Of a stretch of DNA of 24,441 bases, positions 16,270-23,686 are shown piece after piece. Positions within the stretch are counted from its first letter, which is position 1; each line of letters opens with the position of its first letter. Under the pieces are notes generated by a model. It ran no database searches and was not told the origin of the DNA. It saw only the letters and a list, made by a program, of their open reading frames with translations. Source of the DNA: a virus. Lineage: Duplodnaviria; Caudoviricetes. The stretch is from IMG/VR virus record IMGVR_UViG_3300004213_000030, positions 1-24,441 of that record, one strand, 5' to 3'. Position numbers and translations under genes: made by a program.

Positions 16270-16722
16270 TTACTTAATTTTTGACAGCTTGGTAAAGAAA
16301 GGAATAAGGTCTTCTTTTTTCAGCTTGGCAACGGTAGCCGCTCCGAAGTCATCAAGCAAGGCTTGCACCTTTGCCTTTTTGCCTTTTTTGGAAAGTGCCG
16401 AAACCTTCTCAGCGATGGATTCACGGGAAACTTCCGGTTCGTCGTCATCGTCATCGTCATCGGATTCTTCTTCCGCATCGTCATCGTCTTCATCTTCTTC
16501 CGGTTCAGGCTTTTTCTTACCCTTTGCGGCAGGAGCGGCTTTTTTCTTAACCGATTTTTCTTCCGGTTCGTCATCGTCTTCATCTTCGGTTTCTTCCGGT
16601 TCAGATTTAACGACTTTAAGGTTCTTTACCGGGTTCTCTTTTGTAACTTTTACCGTGCCGGTAAGGACGGAAGCGATGGCAGATAATTGTTCCGGCGTAA
16701 CGTCTTCGATTGTAATTTTCAT
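16270..16722 (-). CDS. Acidic low-complexity protein with C-terminal helical domain, of the kind usually found upstream of DUF2800
   Basis: D/E tracts plus C-terminal KAKVQALLDDFGA..V.KL..EDL; first gene of the replication operon. Confidence 0.8.
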   Translation of the reverse strand: MKITIEDVTPEQLSAIASVLTGTVKVTKENPVKNLKVVKSEPEETEDEDDDEPEEKSVKKKAAPAAKGKKKPEPEEDEDDDDAEEESDDDDDDDEPEVSRESIAEKVSALSKKGKKAKVQALLDDFGAATVAKLKKEDLIPFFTKLSKIK

Positions 16723-16772
16723 AATACTGTTTTTGGTTGAAATTTTAAGATGTTATTCGATTAGTACGGTGG

Positions 16773-16802
16773 CAAATGTAATACAAGAATTTTAATCTGC
16801 AA
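16773..16802 (-). promoter_or_regulatory. Bacteroidota sigma-A promoter for the replication operon
   Basis: Minus strand TTG (16802-16800) - N19 - TACATTTG (16780-16773), an exact match to TTG-N19-TAnnTTTG. Confidence 0.85.
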
Positions 16803-16839
16803 TACTTTTTAAAAAATAATTAAAATATTTTTCAAGATG

Positions 16840-16869
16840 TTGCAAAATAAACATTTGTGATTATATTTG
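16840..16869 (+). promoter_or_regulatory. Bacteroidota sigma-A promoter for the rightward early operon
   Basis: TTG (16840-16842) - N19 - TATATTTG (16862-16869), an exact match; 23 nt before ATG 16893. Confidence 0.85.
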
Positions 16870-16892
16870 CCCGACATTAAAACTTTAAAATC

Positions 16893-17054
16893 ATGCAGGA
16901 AACACGGGGGCGCAACAAGAAGCCCGACCACGCAAAGAAAAAAGCACATCCGATCTATGCCACGGATACAGAATGGCAATCCATCAAAGACAAGGCGACC
17001 GAACGCGGTTTGGAAGTCAGTCCTTTTATCATCCAAACCGTTATACAATCATGA
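16893..17054 (+). CDS. Ribbon-helix-helix DNA-binding protein (53 aa; not in ORF track)
   Basis: Manual translation MQETRGRNKKPDHAKKKAHPIYATDTEWQSIKDKATERGLEVSPFIIQTVIQS: basic RGR arm, a beta-strand, helix TD.EW..IK.KA, turn GL.VS.FI; ATGA overlap with the next gene. Confidence 0.78.
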   Translation: MQETRGRNKKPDHAKKKAHPIYATDTEWQSIKDKATERGLEVSPFIIQTVIQS

Positions 17055-17848
17055 ATAAATTTAAACAGCAAGTTGCAATGCGCGTATCTGAGGAACAATG
17101 CGAACGTGATATTGAAGATTATCTTGAATCCTTGGGCTACGCAACGGCAAATTTATATCAGAACAAATACAAAGAATATAATTTGCTTGTAACCCGTATT
17201 CAGGAAAATGAGTGTTATGCGAAGAACATACACGTATCCCATGCTGAAACTAAGCTTCATTATTTCATTAAAGAGTATAATCCCGCTTTGTTTCTTGCCA
17301 TCGCTGCGATGACGGAAGGCAATGATTTTATCGTCGGAGAATATGCGGTTCATCAGCCAAAAAACGAATGGCCTTGTCTGGTTCAGATTCAAGAAGTTTT
17401 ACCGAATGAATACATTGTAAGTTGCGACGCCGTAAGTTCCCCTGTTCTTAGAAAACATCTTCGCAAACCGTCACTTGAATTTCTGGTTGAGGAACTGTCG
17501 CCAAAGCGGGACGAATCGATTCTTGACCCCGAACGCCATTCCCTGCCAGAGGACGAATTCGAAAAGGATGTGAAGCTTGGAGTGCCTGCTTCGCAGTCTT
17601 TGCAATTTGATCCTGAAAAGTTCTTGCCTGAAAACGCTTCGATGGAAAAGCCTTGGGAACTTCGTCCGCAATATTACCGGGGCAAGGACGATCCGTACGA
17701 GCCGATAAAAGTTATCCGGGCTTGGGACTTGGGCTTTGAGCTTGGGAATGCTGTAAAATACATAGGCCGCGCAGGGATCAAGACCGAAGACCCGACGGAA
17801 GATATTAAAAAAGCAATTACATATCTTAAAATGTACTTGGAAAGATGA
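17051..17848 (+). CDS. Protein with C-terminal DUF3310 (T7 gp1.7 nucleotide-kinase-like) domain
   Basis: RPQYY...E.I.VI....LGF.LGNAVKYI.RAG.K....EDIKKA..YL; start placed at 17051 by ATGA overlap. Confidence 0.8.
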   Translation: MNKFKQQVAMRVSEEQCERDIEDYLESLGYATANLYQNKYKEYNLLVTRIQENECYAKNIHVSHAETKLHYFIKEYNPALFLAIAAMTEGNDFIVGEYAVHQPKNEWPCLVQIQEVLPNEYIVSCDAVSSPVLRKHLRKPSLEFLVEELSPKRDESILDPERHSLPEDEFEKDVKLGVPASQSLQFDPEKFLPENASMEKPWELRPQYYRGKDDPYEPIKVIRAWDLGFELGNAVKYIGRAGIKTEDPTEDIKKAITYLKMYLER

Positions 17849-18051
17849 TGACAGCCGTTCAAATACTCGTAAAGAATAGTGCGTCGCCTGAACTCCGGTC
17901 ATCAGGTGAAATCATACTTGCCGCAATGAAAGAATATGCCGCGCAAGAAGTGCGGGCCGCGCTCAACAAAGCGGCAAGGGAATTGAACACTTCGCAAAGT
18001 GATTCAGGCATTCAAGAAGATATTATGAATACTAAATTCGAACTGCTATGA
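17845..18051 (+). CDS. Hypothetical protein
   Basis: ATGA overlaps at both ends. Confidence 0.65.
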   Translation: MMTAVQILVKNSASPELRSSGEIILAAMKEYAAQEVRAALNKAARELNTSQSDSGIQEDIMNTKFELL

Positions 18052-18299
18052 AAGACAGAATAAGGATCGTTGGTCGATCCAAAAATCGAAGAATTATAAT
18101 TGAAGGATTGGAAGACGGGCAGTTCGGCATTTTATTCAAAACGATGCTTTCCGAGCTTCCAAAAGACCCGGAAACCATTTTGCCCAACGTTGTTGTTCAC
18201 AAGAGCAAATTACGTAAAACCGTTTTGAAACTGACTGAAACCGGCCTTCGCCAATTGCATGAAGGTCTTTCCGAAATGATTAAACATTTAGATTCATGA
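18048..18299 (+). CDS. Hypothetical protein
   Basis: ATGA overlaps at both ends. Confidence 0.65.
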   Translation: MKDRIRIVGRSKNRRIIIEGLEDGQFGILFKTMLSELPKDPETILPNVVVHKSKLRKTVLKLTETGLRQLHEGLSEMIKHLDS

Positions 18300-18496
18300 G
18301 AAAACTACTAATATCCGCAGCCTACGGGCTACTTATTGCTTTAATGCTTCTTTATGTCGCTATGCTGGTACTGCATGTTAACGGTAAGCATTTGCACGGG
18401 CAACAAATTGGACTTCTTTACGGGATCGACGCTGCGATCTTTCTTTTGGCTACGATTATACTGCGATCCGACTACGACAGATATTTTTTAAGATGA
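18296..18496 (+). CDS. Small two-TM membrane protein
   Basis: Two hydrophobic helices; ATGA overlaps. Confidence 0.7.
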   Translation: MRKLLISAAYGLLIALMLLYVAMLVLHVNGKHLHGQQIGLLYGIDAAIFLLATIILRSDYDRYFLR

Positions 18497-18660
18497 TAAA
18501 GAAAGTTCATTTCCGATTGAATTTAGGACTGCGCTTTGTCATCCCCTGCGGGGCACTTAACAACTTTGAAAAAGGAACAGTTATAGGGCACACGGAGCGG
18601 GTCGATCTTGTAACTTGCAAGCGATGCCTTCGAAGCATTGAGATTTTAAAAAGAAAATAA
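18493..18660 (+). CDS. Small putative zinc-finger protein (55 aa; not in ORF track)
   Basis: Manual translation MIKKVHFRLNLGLRFVIPCGALNNFEKGTVIGHTERVDLVTCKRCLRSIEILKRK with H..CG..VTCxxC ligands; ATGA overlap. Confidence 0.72.
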   Translation: MIKKVHFRLNLGLRFVIPCGALNNFEKGTVIGHTERVDLVTCKRCLRSIEILKRK

Positions 18661-18730
18661 ATATTTATTTCTCTTGCTTATTAAATAAACTATACCGTAC
18701 TTTGATGCATCATTAAAACAACAAGCGAAA
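18661..18730 (+). promoter_or_regulatory. 70-bp repeated promoter/operator cassette, copy 1
   Basis: 18664-18721 is 51/58 identical to 20940-20997; TTGCTT-N18-TACTTT(G) promoter-like spacing. Confidence 0.8.
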
Positions 18731-19096
18731 ATGAAAACTTTTGAAGAATGTAAGCAGGAAGTAGCCAAGGAATACGGTTTCGAATCTTTTTGGCATTTGG
18801 AAAAAAGATACCCGAAGGCGATTTACGGATACTACGAACATGCGGCGAGAATGTACGCCAATCAGTCGAAGCCGGATTATTCCCCGGAATACCTTGACTT
18901 CATCAAGAAGCACGGCGTTAAGAATCTTACCGGCTCCGAATCTGAACTTCTGCAAGTGCTGGTTAAGCACAAGATCGGCGGGTTTGAGAAGATTGTTAAG
19001 CTTTACCGGGATTGCGTCGCCGGAACTTACCCGAAGCAGAACCAACCTTTATTTTTGGAAAACGTTGAACGTGGTTTAGACGAAAAAGATATATGA
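18731..19096 (+). CDS. Hypothetical protein
   Basis: First gene after cassette copy 1; ATGA overlap downstream. Confidence 0.7.
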   Translation: MKTFEECKQEVAKEYGFESFWHLEKRYPKAIYGYYEHAARMYANQSKPDYSPEYLDFIKKHGVKNLTGSESELLQVLVKHKIGGFEKIVKLYRDCVAGTYPKQNQPLFLENVERGLDEKDI

Positions 19097-19575
19097 TAAC
19101 GCTATTCGAAGATTTATCCGACGAAAAGAAGGCAAAGCTTATAGAAGCCTTTGACCGATTTAAAAAACTGGAACTGGAAGTCGAAGCCATCAAGCAAGCA
19201 TCGAAAAGAACAAGCCCGTTCCCCGGTACGCTTAACGGTTTGCTGGTTGCGTCGAATCCGACGGTCGGTATTCATCTTTACCGGGACGTTTTTACAGAAA
19301 AGCATCAAGAAGAATTACGGGAAGCAGGCCGTAAAGCTCATGAAGCCGCTGAATTATTTGCCCTTGCAGTAAGTCAAAACGCAGAAGAATTTGTACGAGA
19401 AATTAACCGGCTTGATACTGATTTTAGAGAAGCGGGTTTCGGTTTGGAAAGTTTTAACGAAACGATCCGGCTTGATATGCAAAAGCTTGTAAATGCTATA
19501 ACCAAAGTAAAAGTAGAACACCCAAAAAGGAAAATTCCTTACCCCAAAAAATACAAAAGAAATCGTTGGTCATGA
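19093..19575 (+). CDS. Hypothetical helical protein with basic C-terminus
   Basis: ATGA overlaps at both ends. Confidence 0.7.
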   Translation: MITLFEDLSDEKKAKLIEAFDRFKKLELEVEAIKQASKRTSPFPGTLNGLLVASNPTVGIHLYRDVFTEKHQEELREAGRKAHEAAELFALAVSQNAEEFVREINRLDTDFREAGFGLESFNETIRLDMQKLVNAITKVKVEHPKRKIPYPKKYKRNRWS

Positions 19576-19844
19576 AAGCACTTTATATCCCGCGACATCT
19601 TACCGAGAAGGAAAAGAAGCTTTCGTTCGAAAAGCTTAATAAACGGTTTAAAATCGTATTCGAGCCGTACGAGGGGCACCCGCTGCACGGGAAAAGACGG
19701 TTCGCTGTCGGGGCTTACTCCCTTTACAAGTATGTAGGTCATACCAACGCATTTACAGCCATTTTGGGGGCTTTAAAATCTTTGGATGATAAGTTTAGCA
19801 TTAAGTTTAGAAAACACGGTATAGTTGAATTTTATTATAAATAA
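19572..19844 (+). CDS. Hypothetical basic protein
   Basis: Start MKALYIP at 19572 (ATGA overlap). Confidence 0.65.
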   Translation: MKALYIPRHLTEKEKKLSFEKLNKRFKIVFEPYEGHPLHGKRRFAVGAYSLYKYVGHTNAFTAILGALKSLDDKFSIKFRKHGIVEFYYK

Positions 19845-19848
19845 CAAG

Positions 19849-20049
19849 ATGGAAGAAACAATCGAAAGTTTTAAAGCAAAATGGATCGGTAAGAAGGTGC
19901 TAATTATCGGGGAACATCCACACAAAAACAAAGTAGGTGAAATAATCGATTTTCGTCGCACTGTCGTTTGCGGTTGGGGTTTGGTTGTAAAATCCGGCGA
20001 TGAAGAATTTTTCGTTTTTAAAGCACATAACATGAAGGTTTTAGCATGA
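19849..20049 (+). CDS. Small KOW/SH3-like beta protein
   Basis: IGKKVLIIGEHPHKNKVGEII pattern; ATG 4 nt after the previous stop. Confidence 0.55.
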   Translation: MEETIESFKAKWIGKKVLIIGEHPHKNKVGEIIDFRRTVVCGWGLVVKSGDEEFFVFKAHNMKVLA

Positions 20050-20228
20050 ACAAGCATAACCTGCCCGAACCGCTTTGGGCGAAAATACAAAACGTGGCCG
20101 TAGGAAGTCAATATACGGCAGATGACATTGCCCGGTATTTAAAGGGCGAACAAGGGCTTCAAATACATAAAAATCGGCGTCCGTCTTTTGCTGACGCCTG
20201 CAAACTTTTAGACAAATTAGAAGAATGA
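20046..20228 (+). CDS. Hypothetical protein
   Basis: ATGA overlaps at both ends. Confidence 0.6.
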   Translation: MNKHNLPEPLWAKIQNVAVGSQYTADDIARYLKGEQGLQIHKNRRPSFADACKLLDKLEE

Positions 20229-20539
20229 AAAAGTTCGAAAAGCAAGTTTATCGCCATACCCGTGCCGATGGCAGCGTGACCTTTACCGCAGGCGTTGAAA
20301 CAGAGGAACCTTGGTTCTTTGGATTGTTCACTTCAAAAGAAACGCACGTCGTAGATATTTATATTCCTTGCCATTTCGGTGAAAATGTGCCAAGGATAGG
20401 CACTTCAATTTCGGAAAGTTCGTCTTGGGGGCACCCTTTCCAGACTTACGAGGAAGCAAACGACGCAGCTTATCATGCCGAAAACGAAATGAGAAACAGC
20501 TATTTACACAATCAAATTTTAAAATCTGAAAAAGTATGA
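20225..20539 (+). CDS. Hypothetical protein
   Basis: ATGA overlaps at both ends; FQTYEEA helix-start motif. Confidence 0.65.
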   Translation: MKKFEKQVYRHTRADGSVTFTAGVETEEPWFFGLFTSKETHVVDIYIPCHFGENVPRIGTSISESSSWGHPFQTYEEANDAAYHAENEMRNSYLHNQILKSEKV

Positions 20540-20748
20540 GTTTTGTAAAAGTTTTATCGATTATTATCTTCTGCATCTTTTTAGGTGCGGGTTTAACGTT
20601 GGGTCTGTTTTTGTTCTGGAATTTTGGCGTATGGTGCGGGGTATTCGAAGAAGAATGTACTTTAAGAGAATGCTTGTTTTACGGTACTTGCCTCGGGGTT
20701 TGGAGATTTATAATAAGAATAGGAAATGAATATCGGAAAAGCCTTTAA
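20536..20748 (+). CDS. Small two-TM, Cys-rich membrane protein
   Basis: Two hydrophobic segments; ATGA overlap upstream. Confidence 0.62.
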   Translation: MSFVKVLSIIIFCIFLGAGLTLGLFLFWNFGVWCGVFEEECTLRECLFYGTCLGVWRFIIRIGNEYRKSL

Positions 20749-20935
20749 AACGATCCGGGAAACGAAAGGCTTGCAGCAGAAGTATGTTGCAATGCAAGCC
20801 GGGATCAGTCAGCAACACCTTTCGGACATTGAGCGAAATACTGCTTCGCCGCGACCTTCAACGATGAATAAACTTTGTGCAGCCCTTGACGTTAGTGCAA
20901 AGCAAGTGTTCTTTATATCCATCTTCGAAAAATAA
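20726..20935 (+). CDS. XRE-family helix-turn-helix regulator
   Basis: IGKAFKTIRETKGLQQKYVAMQAGISQQHLSDIERN..SP...T..KLC.ALDV is a canonical HTH_3 pattern. Confidence 0.92.
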   Translation: MNIGKAFKTIRETKGLQQKYVAMQAGISQQHLSDIERNTASPRPSTMNKLCAALDVSAKQVFFISIFEK

Positions 20936-21005
20936 TTTGTTTATTTCTCTTGCTTATTAAATAAATAGGTGCGTACTTTGAAGCATCATTAAAACAATCG
21001 AATAT
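20936..21005 (+). promoter_or_regulatory. 70-bp repeated promoter/operator cassette, copy 2
   Basis: 20940-20997 differs from copy 1 only in a 6-nt spacer block (TAGGTG vs CTATAC) and one further base. Confidence 0.8.
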
Positions 21006-21488
21006 ATGTTTTTTATAACCAAGAAAGATTCAGAAACCGGCAAAAAGTTTGCCGAAATGCTGGAAAAAGTTAAAGAGTGCCGGGACGCGCAAAAAGCAAT
21101 GTCCGAGAAATACGGCTTCGAGGAATATACCGATGATTGGGACGGCGTAGGTCGCATCGGTTGGGTTCGGGGTTTCAAGAACAATGTCTACGACAGCAAG
21201 ATTTGGAAGATTAGCGCACCGAAGCACGGCGGATATGCTCCGCGTATGAAGACTAAGGAAGGCCGGGCGGTAGCACAGGAATTTTCTGAAATGCCTTTCA
21301 TCCGCAATTCAGAAATTAACAAAATAACCAATCCGACGTTACCGCCGTGGACGCGAATCGGGGTTCGTGTAGGGAATGACTATTACGGGTTTAAAACGTT
21401 TGAATACGAATTGACCGCCCCCGAATGGAAAGCCCCGGCAGATTGCGAAGAAGTACTTGAATCAAAATTTAAAGAACTATTCAAATGA
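21006..21488 (+). CDS. Hypothetical protein, long paralogue of 14814..15101
   Basis: FITKKDSETGKK ... DYYGF ... EWKAPADCEEVLE; first gene after cassette copy 2. Confidence 0.78.
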   Translation: MFFITKKDSETGKKFAEMLEKVKECRDAQKAMSEKYGFEEYTDDWDGVGRIGWVRGFKNNVYDSKIWKISAPKHGGYAPRMKTKEGRAVAQEFSEMPFIRNSEINKITNPTLPPWTRIGVRVGNDYYGFKTFEYELTAPEWKAPADCEEVLESKFKELFK

Positions 21489-22171
21489 AATTGTATATCT
21501 TTTTAGGCCCGGCAGGATCGGGCAAAACAACAGCGGCCCGGAGCTTTTTCGACCCTGCATACAGCCTACTTTTAACAGGCAATGTTCATGAAGGCGTTCA
21601 ATGCGAGACGTCTAAAATCATCATCGACGAAATTACCAAATCGAATATGGAAAAAGCGGCGCGATGGATTGCGGAGCGAAAAAGCAAGGACGTCTTGGTA
21701 ATTGCCATAACGCAGGAACCAAGAGTCGCCGAGTATTTGATGCATTGTAATTCGACAGTACCTATCCGTAAAATTCTGCATTTTGCAACAGCAAAAGAAT
21801 ACATAGAAGGTTGGGAACCAAAACTTGACGATGTTTTTGGGCGCAATGATTCGCCCGTGATGACGGTTAAGGATGCGATAAAGACTTTCCAAGAGGCTGC
21901 GGGATTTCTTCAAAACCCGTTCGGTAAACCGATTGAGCTTGACGGGCTTAGAGAGAACGTTTTGCAGGAGTGGCCGGAAAAGCCGGAAACGATTCAGCAA
22001 TTTATACAAGGATGGAAGGCGAGTGTTTATACGAAGCTTAACGTCGAGAAGCTGACGTTCAAGCAAAAGAATATCGGTCTGGATACGCTCAAACAGCTTT
22101 GGGCTTTGGATATGTATGCGACTTATGATGAATATACCGACGAAATAACCGTAACCTTACCAAGACGATGA
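21485..22171 (+). CDS. P-loop NTPase-domain protein
   Basis: Walker A GPAGSGKT, Walker B IIIDE and a following IAITQ strand within the first ~80 aa; C-terminal half unrecognised. Confidence 0.7.
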   Translation: MKLYIFLGPAGSGKTTAARSFFDPAYSLLLTGNVHEGVQCETSKIIIDEITKSNMEKAARWIAERKSKDVLVIAITQEPRVAEYLMHCNSTVPIRKILHFATAKEYIEGWEPKLDDVFGRNDSPVMTVKDAIKTFQEAAGFLQNPFGKPIELDGLRENVLQEWPEKPETIQQFIQGWKASVYTKLNVEKLTFKQKNIGLDTLKQLWALDMYATYDEYTDEITVTLPRR

Positions 22172-22569
22172 AAAAGAACGGATTTGATATTGCCCCGGAA
22201 GAAGGAACACCCGTACCGCCGTTTGTTGATTTGGCGAAGGAATATAAAACCGCAGAAGGTTTCGAAGTTAAATTTGCCGTTATAGATGGCGATGTCGTTC
22301 ACGGCTTCTTTAAAAGGGACAATAAGATATGGAATCTTTGCCCGTGGCAAATCGCTGACGGCTCTTGGAAACATGCTCTTGATGCGAATAAAGATGAACT
22401 TCGTCTTGTTGAATGCCCGCCGTTCAAAGCTGTCAGTGTTGAACTGATCGTTACGGAAGATCATTGTGTTTTTAAAGAAGGCGATCTTCCGGGATACGAA
22501 GTTGAATTTGCCCGTATCCTGATTAATGCAAAAGTTGAACAAGGTCAAAAACTTATTCTTAAAAACTAA
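22168..22569 (+). CDS. Hypothetical protein
   Basis: Start/stop overlaps at both ends. Confidence 0.68.
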   Translation: MKKNGFDIAPEEGTPVPPFVDLAKEYKTAEGFEVKFAVIDGDVVHGFFKRDNKIWNLCPWQIADGSWKHALDANKDELRLVECPPFKAVSVELIVTEDHCVFKEGDLPGYEVEFARILINAKVEQGQKLILKN

Positions 22570-22847
22570 TGATGAATCGGAGAAAGCACGTTTGGCTTAT
22601 TCCGGGGAAAGAGTATATCGAATTCATCAAGACCGATGATGGGTATACTCTTAACTGTAAAGTGCTTGATACTAACTGCCGGGCTGTCCGCGTATATTCA
22701 GGTAAGGCCACAAGCACGGACAGCTTTTTTAAATATTACGGTAATCTTCTTACGTACGTGATGGGTGGCGAACTGGTTATGATCGAAACGCTCGACGGGT
22801 TTGTTCGACTGGAAAATATTAGACATATTCAATTTTTAACTACATAA
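22569..22847 (+). CDS. Hypothetical protein
   Basis: TAATG overlaps at both ends. Confidence 0.65.
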   Translation: MMNRRKHVWLIPGKEYIEFIKTDDGYTLNCKVLDTNCRAVRVYSGKATSTDSFFKYYGNLLTYVMGGELVMIETLDGFVRLENIRHIQFLTT

Positions 22848-23473
22848 TGGAAAATAGACCAATAGAAATTGTTATTTATGGCGTCCCGTACAGCATCGGG
22901 GAAGGCGGGTATCTGACCATTCCGCAGTACGCAAAGAAATACCTGCGGTCGGTATCCGCTGTTTACCAATGGATCGACCGGGACATCATAAGGGGCGGCG
23001 ACATTCTGGAACTGCCGGAACTGAACGGGCTTCGCCTGATCCGGGACAAGGTTTATATTGTTGGTAAGTATGTCAAGAAGGAAGGGGCAAAACCTTTGTT
23101 TGACGCGGATTTTGCAACTGAGTTCGATGAAGCAATCCGTATGATCTTGCACGAACGTCAAGAGCAGATCGAGAAGTTCGGATACACGAAAGAACACGCT
23201 TTGGAACATCTTGAATGGTATTCGGAAAACCAGCTTATCAAGGTTGGCGATTTTTGTTCCGATCCTGCGGTTTGCGCTTATCCGGGCGGATGGCAATTAG
23301 CTTTTTATAACAAGATCGTCAACGAAAAGACACTGACCGAACGCTTGATCTACGCCGGGGCTTTTTATCTGGCACAGGAAGAAATATTTGGTAAGACGAA
23401 GGTAACGCGCTCGAAGCTGCGCGGGGCGGTTGTACGGCTTCAAATGGCACTTAATCAAGTTGACTGGTCATGA
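22847..23473 (+). CDS. Fusion of an N-terminal excisionase/MerR-like HTH and a helical phage domain (ERxxQ..GYT.EH type)
   Basis: YLTIPQYAKKYLRSVSAVYQWI (HTH), then ILHERQEQIEKFGYTKEH...YP.GW...ERLIYAGAFYLA. Confidence 0.6.
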   Translation: MENRPIEIVIYGVPYSIGEGGYLTIPQYAKKYLRSVSAVYQWIDRDIIRGGDILELPELNGLRLIRDKVYIVGKYVKKEGAKPLFDADFATEFDEAIRMILHERQEQIEKFGYTKEHALEHLEWYSENQLIKVGDFCSDPAVCAYPGGWQLAFYNKIVNEKTLTERLIYAGAFYLAQEEIFGKTKVTRSKLRGAVVRLQMALNQVDWS

Positions 23474-23686
23474 ATTTTATAGAAGTAAATATCCCAAATA
23501 AAATTTTGCCGGTCGTATTTGATGAATATATTATTGGTCAAATGAAAGTGCTAGGTTTTGAAAGTTGTTCGGTTATGGTAATCGGACACAGATCATATCC
23601 GATACAGAATTAAAGCGGATACGCCGGCACACTTTTTCCAATTAGGGGTTCTTGTTACGTGCTTAATCACAGAATTTAAATCATGA
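23470..23686 (+). pseudogene. Small gene apparently interrupted by a +1 frameshift
   Basis: 217 nt (72 codons + 1) between two ATGA overlaps. The first frame stops at 23613; the +1 frame is open from 23582 to 23686. Confidence 0.55.

Noticed and set aside
16430-16610. TCATCG/TCTTC tandem-like repeats as a non-coding repeat or origin
   Set aside because: Fully explained as Asp/Glu codon runs and a small internal duplication in the acidic protein.
16867-17058. Track ORFs 16867..17058 and the 16973 start for the DUF3310 gene
   Set aside because: 16867 begins inside the promoter -7 box; the 16893..17054 frame gives an RHH-like protein and a clean ATGA overlap at 17051.
18664-20997. 58-bp direct repeats as a CRISPR array or attL/attR
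   Set aside because: Only two direct copies, 2.3 kb apart, plus one inverted copy; no spacer periodicity, no cas or integrase gene, and the conservation pattern fits promoter boxes.
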